Of a stretch of DNA of 64,000 nt, positions 12,543 to 24,880 are shown piece after piece. The DNA lies in NCBI RefSeq assembly GCF_009914755.1, contig NC_060930.1. The stretch is one strand, 5' to 3'. The DNA is from the human T2T-CHM13v2.0 reference genome, Homo sapiens. The stretch's first letter is position 1, and each line of letters opens with the position of its first letter. Both the position numbers and the translations under genes were made by a program. The notes beneath the pieces were generated by a model, which searched no databases, was not told where the DNA came from, and saw nothing but the letters and a program-made list of their open reading frames with translations.

Positions 12543-15138
12543 TCACCCCAGGCTCTGCAGCATTCTTTAGCATGCCAGACTACACGTCCACGGATAGGAT
12601 GAGCAAGGGGGTGGAGTGGTGGGGTAGGGTGGGCAGTATCAGAATTTCTGTGGGATAGGAGTCATACTTGGGAAAACCATAGTCAATAGTAGAATTTAAT
12701 AATTAAAAACCTAGAGAAGCACCTATGTTGTTAAAACAGATAACATGAAAAAATGTGAGATTTTAATGTTTAACAAAAGAGAGCATAGATATAAAAATGT
12801 TGAGAGGACAGCATAAAATGTCAAATTTTCAGTACAGAACAGGGATGTATTTTATCTGATTGCTCACCCTGTACCTACTACCAAGTGAACTAGAGTCTTG
12901 ATAGAGCAGTGAGGGATAATTTTGGCACAAAGGACCCTTCAGCCTTCAATAGGAAAGGTTGTCAAGCATAAATGGTTGGGGTAAGACCACTCTGCATGGT
13001 CACACATTCAAAGAGCTTGACAAGAGCTATGCTTGTGACTGATCCTATGGAACATTTTAAAGCAGGATCTTGGTGTCTTCTCTACCCACACCTCCACAGC
13101 TCTCCTTTGGAGGCTCACCATGCCCCTAGAGGACTTCACATGGACTCCCCTCTCTCTAAGCCCACATCAGCTAACCCTTTCCCGTGGACCTCCCCTTTCA
13201 TAAAATGAACCTGTCCTGACTCTCATCCTGGAGGGGTGAATTTGCATTTCCAGGGAAGTTTTCTGGAACTATGAAAACCTTACCTTCAAAGCCCCATAGC
13301 CTCGTGGAAAGGCAGGAACCTTCCTAGGGATGCTTTTTTGGCATCCTCACTTCCCATCCTGGAGCCGCTGCCTCCTTGCGGGCTACTCTTCCCCGCCCAG
13401 TTGAGAGCCATTCTTCTCTCTCGCGCCCAAGCATCCAGCCCAGATCCCTTGAAGTAAGAGAGGATCTGAGCCCATAGCCACTGTGGGTTAGGGTGAAAAT
13501 GAGAGAGAGTTCTGATTCTATCAGAGGCCCATTTTGGGAGCTTGCATTGATTTCTGTCTCTGTGAGAGTTATTTTATTGATTCATGGAATCTTTATTAGA
13601 GTTATTAGAACAAATAAAACACACTCATGCACACACATGTTAATTCATCTATACCCCTCCCAAACCACTGGCTGGCGAAATGAGTTATATTTCCAGCCCT
13701 GACATCTTGCCCGTTTGTCATTCTCCTTCCTGGCCACATCAAGTTCCATCGGGTTTGAGTTTATTGGCTACACAGTGAAGTTTATGTTGTCACAGAAATT
13801 AGCCTTGATGGACAGGGATATGGCCAGGAAATCAGGAGAGCTCGGCAGCTTCATGGTGTTGGCATAGCTGAGATGTTAGGGTGCCTGGAGCCCTCTCCAA
13901 GAAAAATCAAAGCTGGCTCTTTGCAGCAGCAAATGAGTGCAACAAGACACTCCTGAGGGACGAGAGCCTGGACGTGATTGTGAGCCGTCCAGTTCTCATT
14001 CTACTCATCCACCCTCCCCCCTTCCTCCCCAACCCTTCTGGTGCCCCCCACTGCCAAAAATCCTTCCCCGTGCAATGGAGGCAGGTCTGGGAGGCCTGAG
14101 GTCAAGCTGCTCTCTTCTACAGTTCGTGGTTAGCTTTCGTAGCTTCTTGGCTGCTTGACAACGTTGGATAATAATTCAATATTTCTTACTGAAATACTTG
14201 ACCTTATTGTTAGTTTTTGTGACAAGGGGAATTTAAAGGAGCTGCAAAAATGCAAGCAAGTGTGGCTGAGAAAGGCCAGGGTATGCCACTGAATAGTGAA
14301 CAGTTTCTTTTTCTGACATCTATAAAATTTAGGTGAAAACAGGTCAACATTGATCTTGGCAAATGGGAAAGCCAGTTCTATTGTTAGCAAACGAGCTTCA
14401 GAAATAAATGTAAGTCTGGTTCAATCAAAACCACGTTTGGTTTTAGAGACTAGTGATGTACTTTCTATAAAAAAAAAAGTGTATTTATATAGACACACGA
14501 AGTAAAAATATTCTTTGGCCAAAAGGATCATTTTCTAAGTATCAAATCAACTTGTTAAAGTACCAGATGGGACCCCTTTCATTTTCTTTTAAAATTTGTA
14601 GGGTGCCTGCTCCCGGAATCTTCTTTTCTCTTTATTTTGTATCGGCAAGGGCTTTTGAAGATTATAATCATGTATTAAGAAAAATCCTGCGTCGCCTAAT
14701 GTTGGGACTTATTGCAGACTGTGAACTCATGTTTGAGAGAGAAATGAAGTTATAGGATTCAAATATATAGCTCTCCAGATTTGGCCTGAGTCTTAGAATC
14801 ATTTTTATGGGCTGCTCTCAAGAGTTTCATATGATATGTTTGAGCTCACAGAGGAGGAACATAAGAGAAGTTCAGTCACTTGCCAAATCCAGATTGTGGA
14901 GGGTCAGTTAATTTTAGCCTACTGGCAGCTTGCTGATCTTATTTTCTCTCTGTCCTGTCCTGGGATCATCTGGAGTCCTTGTCCTGCTATAGGAATTAGA
15001 ACAATCATAGGGGTCAGAACTCTTTCTTCTCCCACAACCTCCCATTAACAGATGAGGAGACGAAGCTCCAGAGTTAAATGTGTGTTGGTTTATAGGATTC
15101 TAGAAGGATTGACTCTTTATCGGGAGATTTAAAAAAAA

Positions 15139-15315
15139 TTGAGTTGAAATTCACATAACATAAAATTAATCATTTTTAAGTGAATGATTCAGTGGCATTT
15201 AGTACACTCTCAATGTTGTTCAACCACCACCTCTGTCTAGTTCCAAAACATTTTTATCACCCTAAAAGAAAACCTCGTGCCCATTAAGCAGTTGCTTCCT
15301 AGTCTCACCTCCACA
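15139..15315 (-). mobile_element. L1MB-type 3' end fragment
   Basis: TTGAGTTGAAATTCACATAACATAAAATT...CAGTGGCATTTAGTACA...TTCCAAAACATTTTTATCACC. Confidence 0.85.
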
Positions 15316-16777
15316 TCCATTTTTTAATATAAGTTGACCTGATCAGCTTGGTTTCCACAGAGTGTCCAGTTAGGGATTCACAACTTTAAATAAGGCATGG
15401 CTGTATTTCTGGATGGGACTGAGAGGAGAGAGGGAGTATTTCTCATGGGGAGCAGCAGAGGTCCTGGGCTGGGATCGGGGTGGGATGTGGGAGAGACAGA
15501 GTCTGGAGTCTCATGGTAACACAGAATCAAAGACTTTCTGAATGTGAGGGAAACATCTGTTGGGGTAGCTGCTCTTTCTGGGGCAGATTTTTGGTCTCCT
15601 GCAGAGGTGATGATCCCTTTAAAGTTCTCACCATTCTCACTCTTGAGTGTCCTGCCTTCCCATCTAGGAGGTGTCTTATTCCTTTAATTTGTGTTGGTAG
15701 GCATCCAGGTCTGGCACCAAGCAGTCCCCATTCTGGAAGCCGGGAGGTAGTGTAGTGTAGTCTCACCCAGGTCTTGAGAGAGAGGTCTCCCCGGGATGCT
15801 ACCTGTAAGCTGTCTCCTTCAATACCCATCATCCCCCCATATAATCATTTTCAAATGGCAAATGATAATGAAAGCTTTCCTCTATTTTGCTTCCAAGTGT
15901 CAACGTATCTATACAGGTTATAGATGCATATGTGAGTTGCCTGTTTAAGAAAAAAAGAGGTTTGAGGGGTATTCGAGTATGTTCAGGGAAGACTGAACAT
16001 TGCCTTGGGTTGCTTTCCAAATGCTCTGTGGGAGGAGGCCAGGAGCATGGTCCAGAGACTGAAGAACTAGGTTGTTTTTAAGCTGCCTCTGGGCAGGGTC
16101 AGGAGGTGGTCTCTCCTGAGTCAGGTTCCTTGTGAATCTAAGGGTAGCTTAAAGTTGGGACTGAGACAGGAGTGGGGAACCCAGAGGCCAGTTATGGCAC
16201 TAAAAAAGATCTGTGCATAGATCCTGAAAGGAAAAACCCAAGTCTCTGACCCCCTTGAGGTCACATGTTCTGGGGCACACAGTGCCCAGGTCTCATGGTG
16301 ACCCTTCTTCATGGGGCATCTGTTTTACTGAAGAGATTGGGATGGGTGGGGAGAAGTTAAACAATGTAATTGGTAAGTAATTTCAACCATTTTTAAAATT
16401 AAAATGTAGATGACTAAATTATGAAATGCAATATAAAATTCATAGGAGTTGTGAAGATAAAGCAGGACTTTGGTGAAATCTACTTTGGGCCAAACCCAGG
16501 CAGACTCCCCGGTATTGAGGCAGTTAGGTGGCTGTGATAGAAATAATTGTGAAGTCCTGTCAGTGTTCAGGGCATGTCCCCAGAGGCCTATGGAGTGGTT
16601 AGCTCTTGTAGAATTTTCTCCTGCATACCTTGTCCTTTCACTCATCCAACTCCATCCCTTCCTGCAAAACATTTCCCACCTCCTCCATGAAGATCTCCTT
16701 GCCATTCTGACCCAATTGCTCAGTGATAGTATATGTAGCCTGCACTGTGAGTTTGGTCCTCCAATCCTCTTATACTC

Positions 16778-17281
16778 TGTTTCAGTTATCTATTGCTGAT
16801 TAACAAATTATGCCTCAACTTTGTGATTTAGAACAACAGTCATATTATTGCTCACAATTCTGTGGATCAGGGATTCAGTCAGGAGTCAGCAGGGTGGTTC
16901 TGCTCCACAGGGGATCAGCTGGGGCCATTCACTTGGATGCATTCAGCTGGAGTTGGGCTGGAAAGTTCAAGTAGGCTTCACAAACATGTCTAGTTTCTTG
17001 GTGCTTCTCTACGTGGCCTTCCTCTCTCCCAAATGGCTAGCTTGGGCTTCCTCACAGCATGATGTTCCCATGGTAGTTAGAATTCTTACATGGTACAGGC
17101 TTCTAGGAGGCACAATAGTGGAAGCTACAGGTCTTTTAAGGTCTACCTTGGAAAAGGGGTGGGCAGGATCACTTCCACTGTGTTCTCTTTGTCAAAGCTA
17201 GTTACAGGGACCTGCCCAGAATCAAGGAGAGAGGAATAAGCGGAGAGGCAACAAATTTAGAGCTGTCTTTAAACTATTACA
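16778..17281 (-). mobile_element. MLT1 (old ERVL-MaLR) solo LTR
   Basis: TGTTTCAGTTATCTATTGCTG..TAACAAATTA start, GGGCTTCCTCACAGCATG internal motif, ..CTTTAAACTATTACA end. Confidence 0.85.
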
Positions 17282-18702
17282 TGTATTAATAGTTGAAACC
17301 CATCGTGACTGACTTGGAAGCCCATGATCTTAATCACTTTGCAATGATTCCTCTTAGATATCATGGTTCTCAATGATCCCTCTCAGCGCTGATTGCAGTG
17401 GGACTTAGTGAACATCTGGTGATTATTTCAGGGTTCCAGCATCAGTAACAGGTGTACAAGGAGAAGAGATTTTGGGCATGAGGCATCCCTGCACAGGCAG
17501 ACACCTCTTCGTCAAGACACAAGGATAGGAAGCATCATGGTGATAAGGAAAGTGAGTGTTTGGCAGGAAAAGATGAGTCCTTAGTGTTTTGTGAATGGAG
17601 TCATTATATGCTTTCTTGAGTCCTGTAATAGACTGAGTATATGTCAAATAACCGGCAGTTGAGGGAGCCTTGGTAAGGGGGAAATAGGGACTCACATCAC
17701 TTTACGTTTCAAGATCTGCAGGGAAGTGCTAGGTGGCAGGAGTCCTCTGAACTTCCCAGTGCACCTGGGGGCTGCCCTGGCCATCACTCAGAGATCCAGC
17801 AGGGTCCAAAGAGCAACCCTTCCAGGAAAGCAGAGCTGGGACTCTCCAGAGAAAGAGGCTATTGTTTCTTGCCACTTTAAGTAGCTGATGACAGTACAAA
17901 GGAATGCAGTTACGACCCTCCCTTCTAACTATGAAGGATTAGAGACTGAAGAACCAGACTGTGAAAGCCTCTGGGCATGAGGTGTGGGAAATGCTGCGGA
18001 GGCAGAGGGGAGCCAGCGTTTCTTGGGGATGGCAATGTTGATTCTAGAATTCTGCCCCTCTACTTCTCAACCATGGGACTCTATCTCACTGGGCCTCCGT
18101 TTTCTAATACACACATTGGTGATATGAGAAATGCACAGTTGTGCTGCTCAGGATTTTTTTTAAAGAATTAAAAATTTAAAGGATCTTGCATGGTGCTTGC
18201 CACAGGATAAGCACTTACTAAACATTAAATTTTTTATCTCCAAAATGTTAGAAAAGTTGCCTTAGAAATTGTTGAATTCCATTTGTGAATGACCACGCTG
18301 AGGCCTGGAGATGTTAGAATGATTTTCAACATGTTGGTGAATCCACATTTCCTCCTCTTGGTCCAGGGCTCTTGTTTCTGTTCCATAGACATTGAAGCCC
18401 CTCTGTCAATGCATTTTCATCATAGCCACACTGGCCTTTGTTCTTGAGCAGAGTACTTTATATGACCCCAAAGAACACGCGGTGACCCAAAGAGAAAATC
18501 CTAGCTTCAAAAAACAAAGCAAAACGTTAAAAAACAGACAACCAAATAAAACCAATTAAAACACCAACAAGTTTTAACATGAAAATCTTTGAATAAAGCC
18601 ATTGCCATCCACTTAAATCACATTAGTAAGCCCTTACTCCTCTTTGTATTTTTTTCTATTTTAGTTAAAAAAATTATTTTAAAGATCAGAGTTCAGAATT
18701 CT

Positions 18703-18982
18703 TATTATTTAAGGGACGGGGTCTTGCTCTGTTGTTCAAGGTGGAGTGCAGTGGCAGGATCATGGCTCACTGCAGCCTTGACCTCCTAGGTTCAAGCAAT
18801 CCTCCTACCTCAGCCTCCTGAGTAGCTAGGACTACAAGTGCATGCCATCACACCTGGCTAAACATTTTTGCAGAGATGGGGTCTCACTGTGTTGCCCAGG
18901 CTGGTCTCTAACTCCTAGCCTCAAGCAATCATCCCACCTTGGCAAGTTCTGGGATTGCAGGCATGAGCCACTGCACCAAGCC
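18703..18982 (-). mobile_element. AluJ
   Basis: GATCATGGCTCACTGCAGCCTTGACCTCC and AATCCTCCTACCTCAGCC are AluJ-type; CAGAATT on both flanks. Confidence 0.93.
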
Positions 18983-19228
18983 AGAATTATTTTTTCAAAA
19001 AGAATATGTCTCCTTCCAGGCTGTGCCCCACTCCACCCTTGCCTGCCACTTCTATACCAGACAAGTTTTACGCAAGTCCAAATTGGTCTCCCTCTTATCA
19101 ACAAGTAGCACTGGGAACTTTGTGGTCCATTGACAAGGAGTCAGGGCATTTCGGTTGATGGAAATTAGTTGTCCAGATGAGATGAGAGTCAGGAGGCCTG
19201 GGTTCTATGAGACATTATACCAGGGCCC

Positions 19229-19765
19229 TGTTATGTTTTGCTGCACAACAAATCACCCCAAAACTCAGTGGTGTCAGAGAACAACATTTTATTATGCTCA
19301 CAGACTCTGTGGATCAGGAATTGGAGCAGGCACACTAGGAATGGCTCATCTCCACCCTAAATATCTGTGGTCTCAGCTGGCCACCTTGAAAGGCAGGGGG
19401 TGACCTGAAAGGCTGGGGGCTAGAATCTTCTGAGGCTTCTTCACTCACATGCTGGGTGCCTGACTGGGCTGGTCAAAGGACAATCTTAGCTAAGACACTC
19501 TCCGTGGCCTCTCCAGGATAGCCGTCTCAGGGTAGTTAGATTTCTTCCATGGTAACTTGGGCTCTGAGAACAAATGTCCCAGCCAACTTGGCTGGAGCTG
19601 TGTGACCTTTTATGACATAGCCTCAGAGGTCATGTGGTGTCTGTCACTTTCACCATACTCCATGGATCGAAGCAGTCACAAGCCTCCTCACATTCAAGGA
19701 GAGGGGACCCCATCTCTCAAGGTGGGAGTGTCAAAGATTGGCAGCCATGATGTTAAATGGTCACA
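19229..19765 (-). mobile_element. MLT1 (old ERVL-MaLR) LTR
   Basis: TTGCTGCACAACAAATCACCCCAAAACTCAGTGG...CCTTTTATGACATAGCCTCAGAGGTCA...GCAGCCAT..TCACA. Confidence 0.85.
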
Positions 19766-20544
19766 CATGGTGATCAAGTTTTGGAACACTGAGAATCCAC
19801 TGCCTGACCGGATTGGTGCTGCTTCCACGGAAAAGAGACAGTCTAAGAGATCAGACTTGGACATTGATGTATTGGATCTTTGGGGCATTTTTGAAGGTTT
19901 AGATACAGAGTAATTAAAAATGAGACTATCTTGGGTAATCCTGGGAGGGAGGTTAAGAGTTTTAAGCAGTTTGCTTAAGATTTTCATTTGCCACATCTGA
20001 GAAGAGAATTCACCACCATCTGCTTTTTAACTGGAGTGGGACTGCCCAGGTGACACCAAAGGAAGCTTTCGCCTGGAAACATGTGTGGGCATGAACTAGA
20101 CTTTACATTTTTTTCTACCAACAGCAAAGGAAATGGCAGTGCAAGGAACTCTCCCTAAGAGCCGAGAAGAGGGAGCAGTGGCTTCATTAGGAGGAGGTGG
20201 TTGGGCCCCACCCACTAGCCTTCCCCCAACCTGTGTACATACCCAGAAGGAACATCGTTTGTATTGAATCCAAAGAGGAGCCTTTGAAGCCCTCAGAGAT
20301 CTTCAGAGCAAAGTGCTGGGTGAGGTCAGGGCATTCAAGAGGCCTGGATGGAGGGAGGGAGACTGGGTGTGTGCCAGCCCAGGCCACTTCGAGGCTGCAT
20401 GCAGCTGGAGGGATGCCCCACTCACAGCTAGGCAGCCCCAGAACAAGTGGTCTGGGGCAAGAAACACAAGTTCACCATGCCGTTCCTGACCTCCCTGTGT
20501 TCCCAGAGTAGCAAAAGTGTGTGGGGAGGGGAGAATTAGAGGAC

Positions 20545-20735
20545 TGAGAGCTTGCTTTGTGTTGGGCACTGCGTTAGTCACTTTGTGTCATTAGTCAGTC
20601 TCATTTAATCCTCACAGTAATCCTATGAGGTAGGCCTTATGATTCCTAATTTACAGTTAGGAGACTGAGGCTCAGAGATCTTAAATATCATTTTTAAGGC
20701 CACAGAGCAGTAAGAGGGGATGATAGAATTCCAAA
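20545..20735 (-). mobile_element. MIR SINE
   Basis: TCTCATTTAATCCTCACAGTAATCCTATGAGGTAGG...GAGACTGAGGCTCAGAGA. Confidence 0.85.
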
Positions 20736-20955
20736 GAGGCAGATTTCATTTGCCATTCCAAAATCAGCATTGTCACAGGACAAGGACACCACCCTCTGTT
20801 CTCCTCTTCCTGTCTTCATTCCATTCCACACTTTTTTCATTAAACTATAATATTTCCATCACTAGACTTCTTGATGCTTGCAAAACCTAATCCCTTCATA
20901 GTCAGGGTCAAGGAGTTTTCTGCAAAACATATTTGAAGAAATGATGATCTAGAGT

Positions 20956-21095
20956 TGTGCTGTCCAATGAGATAGCCTCTGTCCACATGTGGCAGCACAG
21001 CTCTAAATAAAACTAACAAAATTAAATTTAAAATGCAGTTCGCTGGTCACACTAGGGCTCTTTAGCCACATGCAATGTATTATTGGACTGTGCTG
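20956..21095 (-). mobile_element. MER3/MER33-type hAT-Charlie element
   Basis: GTGCTGTCCAAT...CCACATGTGGC...TAGCCACATG...ATTGGACTGTGC with inverted termini. Confidence 0.75.
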
Positions 21096-21239
21096 CTTTA
21101 GAGAGTAAGTCGAGAAAGAATTGCATTTTCATAACTAGTTCTACTGCTAGTTTAATTAATACTTCTAATGGTACTTGAGTTACTTATTTATTCCAAGTCT
21201 TTCTCAGAGATAAAATAATAGACTTTTTTTTTTAAACAG

Positions 21240-21415
21240 TACTTTGTAGTTTACAAACTTCATTCTAATGCAATAGCCTTGCAAAGTAGAGTAGGTAATG
21301 AGGTTATGAGTGAAGTAACAAAGGTTCCAAGAGGTTAAGCAGCTTAGCCAAGGTTCTACAAACAGTAAATGGTAGAGCTGGGGCTTCAATGCAGATTCTC
21401 TCGCGTGTACTCTCC
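21240..21415 (-). mobile_element. MIR SINE
   Basis: AGAGGTTAAGCAGCTTAGCCAAGGT...AGTAAATGGTAGAGCTGGGGCTTCAA. Confidence 0.7.
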
Positions 21416-21481
21416 AAAGGGAGAACTTGTGTATATGATGCCTGAAACTATTCTCAGGCAAAATTGTTAAATCAAAAGTAA

Positions 21482-21782
<301 letters not shown>

Positions 21783-21903
21783 TAAATCAAAAGTAATTTA
21801 CCATAGCTAGGTGTGATGGAGGATAAATATCCAGTACATGGAAAGGTAACCAACAATACCTAGTCAGGTACGATATGTGTCAAATTAATATATAAAGAAT
21901 AAG

Positions 21904-22500
21904 TCATTCATTCATTCATTCATTCATTCATGTATTTCATGTGAAATATGTCCCATCCACTGTTCTAGACACTAGAGACAATAACAAAGGCAGATAAACA
22001 GTAAATTCATAATGAAATAAACAACATCATATCAAGTTTTGATAAGTGCCTTGCATAAGCGAAAAGCAAAGAAAGGGCAAGGAGTGGGTGGCGATGTTGT
22101 TTTAGATAGGGCTGTTAGGAAAGAGCTTTCTGAAGTGGGCACACTTAATGGGAACCTGAAGAAAGTGAGAAAGTGAGCTGTAACTGTAGGAGAAACAGGG
22201 CCAAGCCACAGGAGCCATGAGTGTGAGGGCCCTGGGGCAGGCACATGCTCTGTTTTTCTTCTTGCACTAACTAATCTTATGTTCTTTATCTGATTATATA
22301 TTTATTGTCTGTTTCCCCGGGTATAATGCCCACACTTGGCTCAAGAAACAATCAGGAGGCTTATGTGCCTGGAATGTAGTGGGAGAGTGGGGAGCGGTAG
22401 GAGAGAGAAGTCAGGAGGAGACAGGGCCGAAACATGAAGGACCAGCAGCAGGCTGTGAAGGACTTCAGGTTTTCTTCTGAGGTGACTGGGGAAGCCGTGG
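21904..22500 (-). mobile_element. L2 LINE 3' portion with (TCAT)7 tail
   Basis: (TCAT)n tail then CACTGTTCTAGACACTAGAGA...TTTTAGATAGGG...GGAAAGAGCTTTCTGA, typical of antisense L2. Confidence 0.8.
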
Positions 22501-22534
22501 TGGTAATGGATGGAGGGCACAAGCTTTTTTAGGC

Positions 22535-22862
22535 TTTATTTGTTTTATTATTATTATTAATTTAGAGACATGGTCTCGCTTTGTTACCCAGGCTGGAGTG
22601 AGCACAGTGGCAGGATGCTAGCTCACTGCAGCCTCCAACTCCTGGGTTCAAGTGATCCTCTTTCCTCAGCCTCCCAAGTAGCTAGGATGATAGGTACAAG
22701 CCACAACACTCAGCTAATTTAAAATAATTTAAAATTATTTTTTGTAGAGATAGGGTCTTGCTTTGTTGCCAAGGCTGATCTCAAACTCCCAGCTTCAAGT
22801 GATCCTCCCACACTGGCCTCCCAAAGCACTAGGATTTCAGACATGAGTCACCAAGCCCAGCC
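22535..22862 (-). mobile_element. AluJ
   Basis: Diverged dimer with TAGCTCACTGCAGCCTCCAACTCCTGGG and a (TTA)n tail. Confidence 0.93.
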
Positions 22863-22884
22863 TGTTATATTAATTTTAATCCAA

Positions 22885-23425
22885 ATTTTTATTTAGAATA
22901 CTTTTAAGCTTTCAGAAAATTTGAAAGAATTTTACAATAAATACTCTACCTAGATTATTCACCAATTAACATCTCACTGCATCTCTCTCTCTCTTCTTTC
23001 TCTATTTTCCCCCCTCAACCACTTTAAAGTAAGTTTCAGATATCATGACACTTTAGGCATAAATACTCATTACATATCTATATATCTATATATCTATATA
23101 TATCTATATATCTGTATATCTATCTATATATCTATATAGATATATCTATATAGATATATTTATATATATACATCTCCAAAACATGACATCACACCAAAGA
23201 AACTTTAATAAAATAATATTATCTATTATTAATATTGTGTATTATTTAAATATTAAAATATGTTAATACGTAAAATAATATTAAATATACTAAACAGCAA
23301 TATATTAAAATTTTCAAATTAGCTCAAGAATATTCTTCATAGCTCTTTAACAAAAATTCTCTGATTTGATCAAGGATCCCATATTGCATTAGCTGTCATG
23401 TCTCTTTCCTCTCTTAATTTGGAAT
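22885..23425 (-). mobile_element. Old L1 (L1MC-like) 3' fragment containing an AT-rich microsatellite
   Basis: AAAGTAAGTTTCAGATATCATGACACTTTA and ATCAAGGATCCCATATTGCATT motifs. Confidence 0.65.
23074..23170. repeat. (TATC/TATA/GATA)n microsatellite containing a 34-bp perfect palindrome (23126-23159)
   Basis: Directly visible; palindrome checked base by base. Confidence 0.95.
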
Positions 23426-24613
23426 AGACTAGACCTCTGCGGGTCAAATTAATATATTAAGAGTAAGTCATTCATTCATTCATTCATTCACTCATGTATT
23501 TCACTTTTCCACCTCCAAGTTCCAGGAGAGGACTGTTCTAATTCAAGAAAACCCAGCTCAGTGAGTGCAAAGGCTTGGATGTCTAAGAATAGGACCCCTT
23601 TAGGAGAGGCCCAGGGAAGAGAAGAGGAGCCTGGTTCGAAAAGGGAGACTGGGGCCAGATAAGGGAGATTTTAGGTATGAAGCGAATGACCGGGGCCCTA
23701 GGAAGCCACTGAAGGTTTTTGTCAATGGCCCAGGGAAAGCAGTGTTCATCTGGCTGCAGGGTGCAGAGTGGATTCGAGCTGAGAAAGCCTTCATGGTGGA
23801 AACGTGTGACATGGTGGCATTTGCCTCTGCCCTTGTCCTCTCCCCAGCCCCACCCAACTCTTCCTTCCTTCTGGTTACCAGAGCAAAGGTGTTATTTCCT
23901 ATGCCTTCCTCCTCTGCTTCTGGCTGTGTTGACCTCCATCCTCTGTTTCTCATCCTCTTCCTTCTTTCTTTCTGAACTGCCCCCCACCACTCTTCCTTTG
24001 AGATCCTTTACCTAAAATGGGAAGCTGAGTGAGAGGGAAGTTGGGGTCTTTGTCAGGGGAACCCACGGAACAATAGTGGAGTCCACCTGGCCTGGGTTTT
24101 CTTGAGTTAGAACAGCGCTCTCCTGGAACTTTGAGGTGAAAAAGTGAAAGCCCCAAACCCAGGAACTTCATAGTTTCCAGTTTAAACTCACCTTGCTGCC
24201 TCTGCAAAGTTCTCACTCTTCTCGCCATTCCTATAGGCTCCCTCTCGCAACCAGGAATCTAAATCATAGAAAGCTTCAGACTTAGCTGCCATTCTCATCG
24301 GCATGGAGCCGTGGTCCTCCTGTGTCCTTGCCAGGCACACCTGTGCTTCTGATGGCAGCTTCATCATGGGGCCCTGGCTATTGCTTTTGAGGCCACAGCA
24401 GGACAGAAGTCTAGTCCACAAGTGGGGTCCTCGGTGAGCATGGCCTTGCTTCTGTGGTCTGGTCTGGGAAGTAGCTCAGGCTGGGGGGATTGCCTTGGCT
24501 GGAAGGTACAACGTGGCAAATGAGTCTTGAACAGGTTGGAGTTTGTAGGGGCCACTCAAGGCCCACCAGGTAAGCTGGTTTCTCCGCTGTTTCTCACTAT
24601 GAAACTCGTTCTT

Positions 24614-24880
24614 TTTTGTTTTGTTGTGCTGTGTTTTGTTTGAGACGGAGTCTTGCTCTGTTGCCAGGCTGGAGTGCAGTGGCGCGATCTTGGCTCACTG
24701 CAAACCTCCGCCTCCCGGGTTCAAGCAATTCTCCTGCCTCAGCCTACCGAGTAGCTGGGATTACAGGCATGCATCACCACGCCTGGCTAATTTTTTTGTA
24801 TTTTTAGTAGAAATGGGGTTTCACCATATTGGCCAGGCTGGTCTCAAAGTCCTGACCTTGTGATCTGCCCACCTCGGCCT
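24614..24880 (-). mobile_element. AluS (Sc/Sg-like), 5'-truncated by ~43 nt
   Basis: Ends at CCCACCTCGGCCT; 14-bp TSD TGAAACTCGTTCTT (24600-24613) / TGAAACCCGTTCTT (24881-24894) shows truncation at insertion. Confidence 0.95.
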
